A DNA stretch of 64,000 bases from positions 252,933 to 316,932 of the forward strand of contig CAZTFB010000002.1 in the NCBI GenBank assembly GCA_964612595.1, given 5' to 3'. Shown piece after piece: positions 1 to 8,912 of the stretch. The first letter of the stretch is position 1; each line of letters opens with the position of its first letter. A program made the position numbers and the translations under genes. Below the pieces are notes generated by a model. That model worked only from the letters and a program-made list of their open reading frames with translations, was not told the DNA's origin and did not search any database. This DNA comes from an uncultured Gammaproteobacteria bacterium (GTDB lineage: Bacteria > Patescibacteriota > Microgenomatia > UBA1406 > HO2-37-13b).

Positions 1-620
1 ATTACTTTTGGCAAGGCGCTTTCGAGTTTAATGGCGCTGTGGGGGTCCATTTTTGTTCTGAACATGATCATAAATCCACTGACAATCATAACGAGCGCTA
101 TGAGTAGAAAAGCCAAGTCGCGAAGTTTCTTCCAGATTTGCATAAATGGCGCTAGACCGGCAAAACCCAGTCCTTCTGCTGCGTACGAATCGGGGATGAG
201 ATCAGCCTCGTCTAGAGTATGTATAACATAGTAGGTGCCAAGGGCAGGAGGGTTTGTAAAGGGCGTTGCAATAAGACTCCCTATTTTTCCTACCGTACTT
301 TTGTCAAAATTTTCTGTAGAGATGGATTCGAAATTATCATCACATGCTAACCCAAACACCCCACAATATACGTGTCGTGAGGTTTCAAGAAAATCCTTTT
401 CCATCTTCCCTTCTGGTTTGGCGTTGAGATATACATCTTTAAGATTTTTTTGATGTTCCAGCAGTTTTTTCTCTGGGGCTTGGACATTAACATCGTAAGG
501 TGAGGTCAACTGTGCAAACAATGCAAAAGCACCAAAAATAACAAGCCCCATAAAGACTGATCTATGGAGGTTTTTATTAAACGCAGCAATACGCGCAAAT
601 ATCTTTTGCATCACCTTCAT
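1..620 (-). CDS. membrane protein, N-terminal part (gene runs off the left edge; absent from supplied ORF track)
   Basis: The reverse complement of 1-620 is one open frame from the ATG at 620-618 with no stop before the edge. It reads MKVMQKIFARIAAFNKNLHRSVFMGLVIFGAFALFAQL...GLGFAGLAPFMQIWKKLRDLAFLLIALVMIVSGFMIMFRTKMDPHSAIKLESALPKV and has hydrophobic helices near both ends. It is on the same strand as, and 30 nt downstream of, 651..1118. Confidence 0.5.
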   Translation of the reverse strand, partial: MKVMQKIFARIAAFNKNLHRSVFMGLVIFGAFALFAQLTSPYDVNVQAPEKKLLEHQKNLKDVYLNAKPEGKMEKDFLETSRHVYCGVFGLACDDNFESISTENFDKSTVGKIGSLIATPFTNPPALGTYYVIHTLDEADLIPDSYAAEGLGFAGLAPFMQIWKKLRDLAFLLIALVMIVSGFMIMFRTKMDPHSAIKLESALPKV

Positions 621-650
621 TCTAAAGAAACGCGTGGAGCTCTGCAAGCA

Positions 651-1118
651 TTAGCGATATTCAATAAGGAGTGAAGTAACTTGGTCTGGATTAAGGCCAA
701 GTTCAGTAAGCCATTCTCTCAGCTTTCCTTCTGCCAAGGCTCTATCTTGACCCTTTGTTGTTACTATGAATGAAAAGTCAGGGTTACCTTCGGCCCTTCC
801 GACGCCTTCAATGCGAAAATATTGGTTTTCAAATGGGACTTTGTTATATATAAAAATATCCGGATTATTGCGTTTTTGGTCTTCAAGTGCATCTTCAATG
901 TAATCTGCGGGGCCACTTTCCTCATTCTCAACAATGTTTGAAGGTTTTTTTGCACTATTTACTCCCTCTATTGTACGATCAATTTCCCCCTGTGTATCAA
1001 GTCCAGTATCCGTATTTTGTGAGGAACGCATAAATGAAATAAGGAATGCACCGATAAACATTAATAGGATAATGCCGGAAATGAGTAAGATGGTGACAGT
1101 TAGTCGTGTATTTTGCAT
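651..1118 (-). CDS. hypothetical membrane-anchored protein
   Basis: 155-aa ORF with one N-terminal TM helix (LTVTILLISGIILLMFIGAFLISF) followed by a soluble domain. It is tightly packed between same-strand genes. I recognised no family motif. Confidence 0.4.
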   Translation of the reverse strand: MQNTRLTVTILLISGIILLMFIGAFLISFMRSSQNTDTGLDTQGEIDRTIEGVNSAKKPSNIVENEESGPADYIEDALEDQKRNNPDIFIYNKVPFENQYFRIEGVGRAEGNPDFSFIVTTKGQDRALAEGKLREWLTELGLNPDQVTSLLIEYR

Positions 1119-1128
1119 ATTTTATATA

Positions 1129-2667
1129 TTAATTCCTTCGTAAAAATCCAGCAAGATTATGGTTTGCAATTTCGGATCCAAGTGTATAAGTAAATCTTCG
1201 TACACAGCCAACACAACTATTGTTTGCTTCAACTACGGTAAAACTCCCAGGGGTTGACGATACGACGTAGGCTACGTGTCCGAATGGTCCCCATGAGCTT
1301 ACTTCCCATACAGCCAGGTCGTTTGGTCTTGGAGTTTCCTGTGAAACTCTAGAAAAATTATTTCCTACCCTCACACAAGTATAGTTGCCTGCATTTCGGC
1401 AGCGAGCTTGAGCGTTACCCGTAGGGCCATTATAGTCTCTGCCTGATGCTGCTGCAACAGCGCCCTCAACGAATCCGACGCATTGTAAATGGTTGTAGCC
1501 GATAGTCGTACCATTGCGCCTTTGACCTGCTCCAATATTACGGGCGCTATAGTCAACTTCAGCTTTTGCTTGGGCATCATTATTGGTGCCTATTGATCCA
1601 ATGAGACATTTGCCAACATTGTACTGTGTGATCATTCCTGGTACTTTTGAACCCGCAACCGTGAACATACACTCTTTATTACTATAAAGAAAGTCGCCAA
1701 GCGCAACTGCCTTTTGGGCGTCTGCATCAGCAGGAATTGGCATGGGTTCTGGATCTCCGCCACCCGGCGGGTTTCCTGGATCCCCTGGAGGCCCTTCGGG
1801 GGGCTTTATTGGGGGGACCGGGTCGCTCACAGGTCTTCCTGGTTCACAGCGTTCACAAACCGATCCGGGGCCCCAGCTGCACTGAACACCACTTCCTGGT
1901 CCCGAACAAACACCATACTTATGACATACACGTGAGCCAGCTTGGTCTCCTTCTCCACAAGCCTCACGATACACCTCATTACATTCAACTTGACCCGGTC
2001 TGCAGACTTGATCGGGAGGGATACCTCCGGGATCTCCTGGAGTACCTGGATTTTCAACGACAGGACTATCACCATCATTGCTTTCATCCTCATCCCACAT
2101 ACCGAGCAACATGTTTAATATTTGATTTATAAGAAGTGCGAAATCTGCTGGTGTTTCTGCATAAGCACCAACGCTTTCGCTTAAATTTTTTGTACATTCC
2201 GTTGAGGTTGAATGGCTGCTACGTGAGATGGCCTGCCCATCGCGGAAAATTTCAAGGTCAACCCTCCCACAATTAACACTTTGGTGTGAAATCTTAGCAG
2301 CAGTATCTTTAGCATTGATAGTTACAGTTCCGGTACCAATCTGGTAGAAAAAATCTTGCGATACATCTTTTATACAAGGATCAGTCGATTTATGATTTAG
2401 ACACCAATCGGCAGTATATGTTAATAGTATGGGTGAATTTGGAGCTCGATCTGTTTGTCCTACTAATTTCCATTCCCATATATCGTTTGTGGATAGAGGG
2501 TTTTTTACATTTACTGCTGTTACATTTAGCGCCTCATCGCCTGCTTTAGCGTCAGAAAGATTTTTTTGGATATATGTGTATACCGCAATCGCAACACTAA
2601 TAAAGAAGATAATGATAAATGGAAGCGCAATACGAAGTATATTTTTATTATTCATACCCACGTTCAT
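1129..2667 (-). CDS. membrane-anchored CHAP-domain peptidoglycan hydrolase with Cys-rich and Pro/Gly-rich linker
   Basis: N-terminal TM helix (ILRIALPFIIIFFISVAIAVYTYI). The C-terminal ~130 aa carry a CHAP-type Cys/His pair (NHLQCVGFVEG ... GPFGHVAYVVS ... VEANN). The central segment has 8 Cys in about 50 aa, followed by PVPPIKPPEGPPGDPGNPPGGGDPEPMPIP. Confidence 0.7.
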   Translation of the reverse strand: MNVGMNNKNILRIALPFIIIFFISVAIAVYTYIQKNLSDAKAGDEALNVTAVNVKNPLSTNDIWEWKLVGQTDRAPNSPILLTYTADWCLNHKSTDPCIKDVSQDFFYQIGTGTVTINAKDTAAKISHQSVNCGRVDLEIFRDGQAISRSSHSTSTECTKNLSESVGAYAETPADFALLINQILNMLLGMWDEDESNDGDSPVVENPGTPGDPGGIPPDQVCRPGQVECNEVYREACGEGDQAGSRVCHKYGVCSGPGSGVQCSWGPGSVCERCEPGRPVSDPVPPIKPPEGPPGDPGNPPGGGDPEPMPIPADADAQKAVALGDFLYSNKECMFTVAGSKVPGMITQYNVGKCLIGSIGTNNDAQAKAEVDYSARNIGAGQRRNGTTIGYNHLQCVGFVEGAVAAASGRDYNGPTGNAQARCRNAGNYTCVRVGNNFSRVSQETPRPNDLAVWEVSSWGPFGHVAYVVSSTPGSFTVVEANNSCVGCVRRFTYTLGSEIANHNLAGFLRRN

Positions 2668-2673
2668 TATACG

Positions 2674-3393
2674 TTACCTTGCCTTCTTTGCCCAATAGGA
2701 GTTTGCATCATACAAGCTTTCAAAGGTTCCCGCATCGATCCAAAAACCCAATTCGGCCCATCGCAACTGGCCTTTTTTGATATAGAAATTGTTTACATCA
2801 GTAATTTCAAGCTCACCTCGCTTAGATGGTTCACATTGACGGATAAAATCAAACACCTGATTATCGTAAATATATAACCCTGTTACCGCATAGTCGGAGG
2901 GTGGGTTCTCCGGCTTTTCAATAATCTCAGCAATTTTAGAAGTATCAGCCTCATCAAAACGCGGTACGCCGAATCGCTCAGGATTTTTTACTTTATGAAG
3001 GAAGATCATCGCACCTTCCTTGAATGATGCAACAGAAGATGAGATATTTTCATCGGTGGTATTATCACCAAGAATAACGGCAAGTGGTTCACCATCAGCA
3101 AAATCTTCGGCAAGCGCCAATGCATCTGCGATACCACCCTTTGGATTCTCCTGATATGCATATTCAAGATGATTCAGACCGACTTCTTTACCGTTCTTAA
3201 GTACCCCTATGAAGTGTCCCGCATGTGGTCCTGAGGTAATAATTAATACATCTTTTACACCTGCATTGACGAGGGTTTGAATGGGATAAAAAATCATTGG
3301 TTTATCATAGACAGGAAGAAGATGTTTGTTAGTTGCATAGGTTAATGGATATAAGCGAGTTGCGAGCCCTCCAGCAAGTATAACGCCTTTCAT
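2674..3393 (-). CDS. rmlA: sugar-1-phosphate nucleotidyltransferase, short-form glucose-1-phosphate thymidylyltransferase-like
   Basis: N-terminal MKGVILAGGLATRLYPLTYATNKHLLPVYDKPMIFYP matches the RmlA/RfbA G-x-G-T-R-L and LLPVYDKPMI signature. Length is 239 aa. Confidence 0.8.
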   Translation of the reverse strand: MKGVILAGGLATRLYPLTYATNKHLLPVYDKPMIFYPIQTLVNAGVKDVLIITSGPHAGHFIGVLKNGKEVGLNHLEYAYQENPKGGIADALALAEDFADGEPLAVILGDNTTDENISSSVASFKEGAMIFLHKVKNPERFGVPRFDEADTSKIAEIIEKPENPPSDYAVTGLYIYDNQVFDFIRQCEPSKRGELEITDVNNFYIKKGQLRWAELGFWIDAGTFESLYDANSYWAKKAR

Positions 3394-3402
3394 ATGGTTT
3401 AT

Positions 3403-3687
3403 TTATATTAATAACGATCGGAGCAAAAGCAATGCTAAAGCTCCAATTAGTATGTATTCTAACACAACTTTGAGGTGGAGTGACTGATCTCGTGCGTGAT
3501 GGATTATCCCCCACAGGATGTAATATGAGATGAATACAATGCTTACAATAAACTGTTTCTCATGGTGACCTTTAAAAAGTGAAAAAAAGAATAAGAAACA
3601 AATTCCTGACAGCAATAGAAGAAAGTATTCGAACATGTGGTGCAAGATATCTCCCTCAAGTTTTTTCAACATAGACCAACGTTTCAT
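3403..3687 (-). CDS. small integral membrane protein (3 predicted helices)
   Basis: 94-aa ORF, very hydrophobic, packed in the operon between rmlA-like and the CAP-domain gene. No family recognised. Confidence 0.35.
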   Translation of the reverse strand: MKRWSMLKKLEGDILHHMFEYFLLLLSGICFLFFFSLFKGHHEKQFIVSIVFISYYILWGIIHHARDQSLHLKVVLEYILIGALALLLLRSLLI

Positions 3688-3689
3688 AG

Positions 3690-4607
3690 TTATAAAATTA
3701 CACCAGCACGCACAATAAGTAATGCAAGAGCGATTGAGCCTAGAAATAGCCAGTGAGCAAGATTTTTTCCTCCCACACGTACAACCTTTAGGCGCATGGC
3801 GAAGAAAAGATCAATCGCGAGTATAAGAAGCAGAAGACCAATCACGACAAACGATGAACTCAATGAAAATGTAGCGAGACTAACAGGACTCTCCTTTTTT
3901 ATGACAGGAGCTGCTTGTTGAGCTTCTACTTTTTGTGCGGTGGATTCCGCTCGAGGTTTTTGTTCAAGAATTTTTTCTAAATCCTTTTCAGGAACTGCAG
4001 CTTGTTCTTCGGCTGCTTGAGCCTGTGCAACAAGCGTTGTTTCTGATGGTTTGCCAAACATTTGTACAACAAGTGTTGTTTCTTCGTTCTGCAATACCCC
4101 ATTCATAACGCAAAAGCCCACATCGTCGTATTCTGGTCTTAAGATGTTTGCCCGATGGGTTGGTGAATTCATCCATCCATCAACCACTGCGTCGCTGAAA
4201 AGAAATCCTTGTGCAAGGTTTTCCCCAGCATATTCATATGCGTATCCCGCCTGTTTTATGAAATGCCATGGTGCTGTACCATCACCTGGTCTATAGTGCG
4301 CCCAATAATTATAAGTAAACATATCCTGTCCTTTGTTGCACGCTGCCCCCGCAAGCTTATCATTATACTGGAGTGGGGGCAGGCCATTACTTGTTCGCTC
4401 TTGATTAGTTCTCGAAATAAGTTTCTCTATGGTGATGTCTGTCGCGAATCCGAGGAGCTTTCCTGGCCATAAATACCCGATAGTATTTAACGTGATACCA
4501 ATCATAACGAAGAACAAAAGCATGTCTAGGTGTAGTCCTTTTGCTCTAAAGTTATTACGATGTGAAGGGACAAAAAAATGATGTAGCGTTTTTCCTATAT
4601 GTAACAT
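3690..4607 (-). CDS. CAP/SCP (YkwD-like) domain protein with N- and C-terminal TM segments
   Basis: The segment RTNQERTSNGLPPLQYNDKLAGAACNKGQDMF...YWAHY...GENLAQGF...DGWMNSPTHRANIL fits the SCP/CAP family pattern. TM helices flank it. Confidence 0.7.
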   Translation of the reverse strand: MLHIGKTLHHFFVPSHRNNFRAKGLHLDMLLFFVMIGITLNTIGYLWPGKLLGFATDITIEKLISRTNQERTSNGLPPLQYNDKLAGAACNKGQDMFTYNYWAHYRPGDGTAPWHFIKQAGYAYEYAGENLAQGFLFSDAVVDGWMNSPTHRANILRPEYDDVGFCVMNGVLQNEETTLVVQMFGKPSETTLVAQAQAAEEQAAVPEKDLEKILEQKPRAESTAQKVEAQQAAPVIKKESPVSLATFSLSSSFVVIGLLLLILAIDLFFAMRLKVVRVGGKNLAHWLFLGSIALALLIVRAGVIL

Positions 4608-4635
4608 GTTTCTATATATTCTTACTATATCACAA

Positions 4636-5022
4636 TCACTTTCTTGACTTTGGCTTTTGGAACGTTTTGAAGATAACGTAAAGAACTATGAGTATGCCAA
4701 CCGTATCAATCAAAACATCTCGTACAGTACCGCTTCGCGTCGGCACATACATCTGATGAAGCTCGTCAGATGCTGCGTATGTAATCGATATAATTCCAGC
4801 AAGTCTTATAGCACTCATCACATGATGTGTAAAAGTATTATACAAAGCATTAAAAAGAAGCCCAGCTAACAATCCATACTCACACATATGTAGTATTTTG
4901 AAGATGAGAAAGTCCTCAAGTGGTTCACCGGTTGCGGTAAAACGAGGCTGTGAAGAAAGATAAAAGATAATCGCCATCCAAGCCAACGGTGGTAACCAAT
5001 ACAACATCTTTTTATTACTCAT
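4636..5022 (-). CDS. VanZ-like family membrane protein
   Basis: Four hydrophobic helices and a C-terminal ASDELHQMYVPTRSGTVRDVLIDTVG motif typical of VanZ-like proteins. I took the start at the Met of MSNKKMLYW; the maximal ORF extends to 5046. Confidence 0.6.
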   Translation of the reverse strand: MSNKKMLYWLPPLAWMAIIFYLSSQPRFTATGEPLEDFLIFKILHMCEYGLLAGLLFNALYNTFTHHVMSAIRLAGIISITYAASDELHQMYVPTRSGTVRDVLIDTVGILIVLYVIFKTFQKPKSRK

Positions 5023-5719
5023 TTTGATTTTGCGTAAAAGGCACATCCATTCGGATGCGCTTAATGATTAGGTATACCAAAAAAATGCACTGAATTAAAG
5101 AAACCATGCCTATAGTGAGCAGCTGTAGTGGGTAAGATGATGTTGGAAAATCTTTATTTTGTTGTGACACATTGATCGATGGTACAAGTGCAGATGAGGT
5201 TGCTTTTGGGATGTTATTACCGTGTTTAGCATTGAAATCAATGGGTTTAAGCGCTTTAGATGGATGTGTGCGTGCCACAACAAGAGCTGTCGGCTCTTTT
5301 TGTGGCACGCTTGGACTAAGAGTAGGCGGTACTACAATAAGAGTAGTAGGTATAATGACGCTCTCATCACAACCATTACTAAGTCCGTAGGTGGGGAGCA
5401 CATCTTTAATCCAGATAGCATCACATCGTGAGTAGCTTCTTCCTGTTGCAATAGCGCCATACGTCAGCGACTCTATGATTACACCATCTTGTTCTAAAAT
5501 TACAGTATCACCTCCGTTGTTTAATATCGATGATGATGTCGCGATAACATACGATTTCGGCTCAAATAATATTGTACTGAACTTAAGATTCTTGCTCGTT
5601 TGATCATATAAATTGACGCGCGATGTTGAAATAACCTCGTTTGTATTATTATATAGCTCAACCCATTCAAAACCATCGGTTGGATTTGGATGTATTTCAT
5701 TTATGAATATGTCTGTCAC
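5015..5719 (-). CDS. lamin-tail-domain (LTD) protein with C-terminal TM anchor
   Basis: N-terminal INEIHPNPTDGFEWVELYNNT...GGDTVIL is the LTD signature. A single C-terminal helix (LQLLTIGMVSLIQCIFLVYLII) is followed by KRIR. GTG start, with an in-frame TAG four codons upstream of the start. Confidence 0.6.
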   Translation of the reverse strand: MTDIFINEIHPNPTDGFEWVELYNNTNEVISTSRVNLYDQTSKNLKFSTILFEPKSYVIATSSSILNNGGDTVILEQDGVIIESLTYGAIATGRSYSRCDAIWIKDVLPTYGLSNGCDESVIIPTTLIVVPPTLSPSVPQKEPTALVVARTHPSKALKPIDFNAKHGNNIPKATSSALVPSINVSQQNKDFPTSSYPLQLLTIGMVSLIQCIFLVYLIIKRIRMDVPFTQNQNE

Positions 5720-5763
5720 CCAGCTACTCTATCAGAAGAAAATTAAGTAATTCTTACCGTGTC

Positions 5764-6660
5764 TTACTTAATATATTTTGAAGTTGCGAGATAGTTGCCC
5801 ACAAAGCCAATAGCAGCACCAAAGAAGATTATAAGACCATACGAGAGAATGATGTACTCTAAACTTGGGGGGAATACAAAGATATTATACTGATCTAAAT
5901 TTGCAATGCTCAGCTTTGGGATTCCAGCAAGATAGCCTGTAATGGCTGATTGAAAAGAAAAGAAAATACCATAAAAGGTAACAAATGCAATGGTGCCACT
6001 GATAATGCCAAACAACATGCCTTCGTTCAAAAATGGTCTGCGGATATATTTTTTCGAAGCACCTATGAGCTGCAGCACCTCGATCTCCTCACGCTTAACC
6101 GATATTTTAAACGCAGTCGTTGTAATAAGTACGGTTACCGTAATGGTTAAGAGCAATATGAGTAGAGCAATCGAAACTTGACGCAGAATGTTTGTAAGTG
6201 CTACAAGTCGATCAACAATACTCTTCTGGTAGTTGACTTCGTCAACAATAGGTTGGCTTTGAATAAACTCTGCTAATTCCGAGAGATATACAGGTTTTGT
6301 AGCAAAAACCTCAAGTGATGCAGGTAAAATATTCTCCGAAACCATCTCAAGGAGCAAAGGGTTGTCTTTGTTGAGATCCTTATATATATTTAACGCTTCT
6401 GACTGTGACACATATGTTACTGCAGAAGTTTTTCCTGTTTTTTCAATTTGATTCTTGAGTGAAATAATATCCGCTTCTTTAGCTTCAACATTAAAATATG
6501 CGATTACTTGTGGGCGCGTCTCTACATATGAGAGCATACCGTGGAAGAAGGAAATGAGATTAAAGAAAAAGAGCGCGAGAAAAAGTGTAAAAAAAAGAAT
6601 GAGAAATGATCCTAAGGATTGATATGGTGTGCGCTTTACTGATGTAAAAAAATCGTTCAT
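5764..6660 (-). CDS. ftsX: cell-division ABC transporter permease FtsX
   Basis: FtsX topology: TM1, a large extracytoplasmic loop, then three C-terminal TMs. It overlaps the ftsE stop by 4 nt (ATGA). Confidence 0.85.
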   Translation of the reverse strand: MNDFFTSVKRTPYQSLGSFLILFFTLFLALFFFNLISFFHGMLSYVETRPQVIAYFNVEAKEADIISLKNQIEKTGKTSAVTYVSQSEALNIYKDLNKDNPLLLEMVSENILPASLEVFATKPVYLSELAEFIQSQPIVDEVNYQKSIVDRLVALTNILRQVSIALLILLLTITVTVLITTTAFKISVKREEIEVLQLIGASKKYIRRPFLNEGMLFGIISGTIAFVTFYGIFFSFQSAITGYLAGIPKLSIANLDQYNIFVFPPSLEYIILSYGLIIFFGAAIGFVGNYLATSKYIK

Positions 6661-7340
6661 AGTTCGTATTTCCCTTCGCGTTTATCCTTGGTAATTTTTC
6701 CATCATTAAGGGTGATAACACGTTTTTTAAAGCTATTAACTATGTCAACATTGTGCGTCGCTATTAGAATGGTCTTATTACCTTCAAGCTTCTTAAAAAT
6801 TTTCATTATTTCCCACGTAGTTTTCGGATCAAGATTACCAGTTGGTTCATCAGCAAGAATAATATTTCTATCGCCAATAATGGCTCGTGCTATTGCAACT
6901 CGCTGTAACTCTCCCGCTGACAGCTGGACAGGGAACATGAATTTTTTACTAGACAATCCGACTAAATCAAGTGCCTCTTCAACTTCAGATTTTATTCGAT
7001 CACGAGGCGCACCCGTTACCTTTAATGCGATCGCAATGTTCTCAATGATATTTTTATCAAAAAGAAGTTTGAAATCCTGGAAAACAACGCCGATCGACTG
7101 TCGCAGTTTAAGTTTTTCTGCTTCGTTAAATTTTTTCTGAGTGAGGTCAAGATTATTGACGAGTATCGTACCACTTGACGGAATTATTTGACGGAGAATC
7201 ATCTTTAAAATGGTAGTTTTGCCAGCTCCAGAAGGTCCCACGAGGAAAATAAAATCATTATCCTCTACCTGAAAAGTGGCATTGTTTAGTGCTATAGTGC
7301 CTGTAGAATATGTTTTTGTAACGTCGTTGAAAACGATCAT
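6657..7340 (-). CDS. ftsE: cell-division ATP-binding protein FtsE
   Basis: Walker A GPSGAGKTT, ABC signature LSAGELQR, Walker B ILADEPTGNLD. 227 aa, immediately upstream of ftsX. Confidence 0.9.
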   Translation of the reverse strand: MIVFNDVTKTYSTGTIALNNATFQVEDNDFIFLVGPSGAGKTTILKMILRQIIPSSGTILVNNLDLTQKKFNEAEKLKLRQSIGVVFQDFKLLFDKNIIENIAIALKVTGAPRDRIKSEVEEALDLVGLSSKKFMFPVQLSAGELQRVAIARAIIGDRNIILADEPTGNLDPKTTWEIMKIFKKLEGNKTILIATHNVDIVNSFKKRVITLNDGKITKDKREGKYEL

Positions 7341-7345
7341 GGTGT

Positions 7346-7858
7346 TTATTTTAGAACTTCGACATAACCAACATCCATGAGCCAGCCGACGTTCTGTGAG
7401 GAGAATGTTTCGCCATATACGCGCACTTTCTTACCTACGTATTCTGAAAGATCGACGGTGCTGGATGTGAGGTAGGCAGTTTGGTCTTCGCCACCTGGAC
7501 GAATTAATTTAAAACTACCCTCGCCACTTTTATCGCCACCTTCTTCGAGTTCACCTTCAGCTGAATCTTTAAATGTTTTTTTGTCGACAATCCCGGCAGA
7601 TTCTTTAACATCGCCTTTATTCTCTGTGCCTGTCGTCGTGCTGCCATCTGAAGATGTAGAGTTGCGCGCTTTTTCTATATAGCTCAGCCCAAAACCTGAA
7701 ACTACACCAAGCACAATGACTAGTCCAAGAATTGAAAAGGTTTTACCAAGTGACATATCTTCTGAATGAGTTTCAACTGATAGTGTATGAATTATGTTCT
7801 CAGAATCAGGCCGCGCCGGTTGTGCTTGAGCCGTATTCTCAACAGGTTTCATATTCAA
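7346..7858 (-). CDS. hypothetical membrane-anchored protein
   Basis: 170-aa ORF with one TM helix (FSILGLVIVLGVVSGFGLSYI), a Ser/Thr/Gly-rich linker and a small C-terminal domain. Sits 5 nt upstream of ftsE. Confidence 0.35.
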   Translation of the reverse strand: MNMKPVENTAQAQPARPDSENIIHTLSVETHSEDMSLGKTFSILGLVIVLGVVSGFGLSYIEKARNSTSSDGSTTTGTENKGDVKESAGIVDKKTFKDSAEGELEEGGDKSGEGSFKLIRPGGEDQTAYLTSSTVDLSEYVGKKVRVYGETFSSQNVGWLMDVGYVEVLK

Positions 7859-7892
7859 AGAATACCAGAATGCGCATTAAAATTAAATGGGT

Positions 7893-8906
7893 TTATGCCG
7901 AGCGGAGCGAGGCTTCAATAAATTCATCCAAGTAGCCATCAAGTACCATATCAGGATTCTTATCTTCATGGTTTGTACGCAAGTCCTTGATTTGTTTATA
8001 GGGGTGTAATACGTATGAACGAATTTGTAGCCCCCATGAAGCTTGCTTTGGACCCTTGAAAGAGTCAATCTTTTTATCGCGTGCTTCCTGTTCAACTTGC
8101 CACAGCTTTCCTCGCAACATTTCCAGCGCAATTTCTCTATTCTGCTCCTGCTTGCGCTCTTTCTGACAGGTTACCATAATGCCTGATGGTCTATGTATGA
8201 GGCGGACAGCTGTTGAGACTTTATTAACGTTCTGTCCGCCATGTCCACCAGAGCGAAAAAATTGCCATTCAAGGTCCTCGTCATTAATATGAATCTCCTT
8301 GTCTTCAATAACAGGAATAACCTCGACGAGTGCAAACGACGTTTGGCGTAAGCCATTCGCATTAAACGGTGATTGTCGTACCAATCGATGGACACCTGCC
8401 TCATTCTTCATATAGCCAAACACAAAACTACCCTTAACTTTCATGATCACCGTTTTAATTCCTGCCTCTTCACCTTCAACCATATCGAGCACCTCATATG
8501 TATAGCCTTTTCGTTCAAAATAGCGTGTATACATACGATAAAGCATTGATGTCCAATCCATAGCTTCAGTACCACCTTGACCTGCATGAATACCTATCAC
8601 AGCGTTTTTCTTATCGAATGGGCCGGAGAGGAAAAGACGTATCTCGTATTCTCGTATAATCTTCTTTAGCTCGTCGTGGTGACCCTCCTCAAACAAAAGC
8701 TGCATCATTTCAGCATCATCAATATCCTTCTTTAGATTCGAAATTTCTTGTGAAACTTCATTGGCTTCTTCATAATTTGCCCAAAACGCATCATCATACG
8801 TCTTTGCCAAAAGTTCCTTTAAGTTAGTTTTAAGTTTCTCAATCGAGATTTTCTCAAGCAGTGCATCGAGTCGAATTTTGAGATCTTCAATGTCGCGTTC
8901 TTCCAT
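7893..8906 (-). CDS. prfB: peptide chain release factor 2
   Basis: GGQ motif (SGGHGGQNVNKV) and the RF2-specific SPF tripeptide (RQSPFNANG). The N-terminal helical domain is in the same frame, so no +1 frameshift site is present. Confidence 0.9.
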   Translation of the reverse strand: MEERDIEDLKIRLDALLEKISIEKLKTNLKELLAKTYDDAFWANYEEANEVSQEISNLKKDIDDAEMMQLLFEEGHHDELKKIIREYEIRLFLSGPFDKKNAVIGIHAGQGGTEAMDWTSMLYRMYTRYFERKGYTYEVLDMVEGEEAGIKTVIMKVKGSFVFGYMKNEAGVHRLVRQSPFNANGLRQTSFALVEVIPVIEDKEIHINDEDLEWQFFRSGGHGGQNVNKVSTAVRLIHRPSGIMVTCQKERKQEQNREIALEMLRGKLWQVEQEARDKKIDSFKGPKQASWGLQIRSYVLHPYKQIKDLRTNHEDKNPDMVLDGYLDEFIEASLRSA

Positions 8907-8912
8907 ATAGCT

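Noticed and set aside
31-453. Tracked + strand ORFs 31..231 and 235..453
   Set aside because: Both lie antisense to a continuous, membrane-protein-like minus-strand frame (1-620) that fits the operon spacing. Their products are low-complexity with no motifs. I treat them as shadow ORFs.
1714-2132. Overlapping ORFs 1714..1935, 1737..2132 (+) and 1827..2093 (-)
   Set aside because: They coincide with the GC-rich Pro/Gly/Cys-coding insert of the CHAP gene. High GC removes stop codons in all frames. Their products are Arg/His/Leu-rich and nonsensical.
6688-7140. 150-aa + strand ORF antisense to ftsE
   Set aside because: It lies entirely within ftsE, which has intact Walker and signature motifs. 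No independent start signals or motifs.
7893-8906. Programmed +1 frameshift site in prfB
   Set aside because: I looked for an early in-frame TGA preceded by an SD-like element. The N-terminal domain is contiguous in one frame from the ATG at 8906, so no frameshift is needed.
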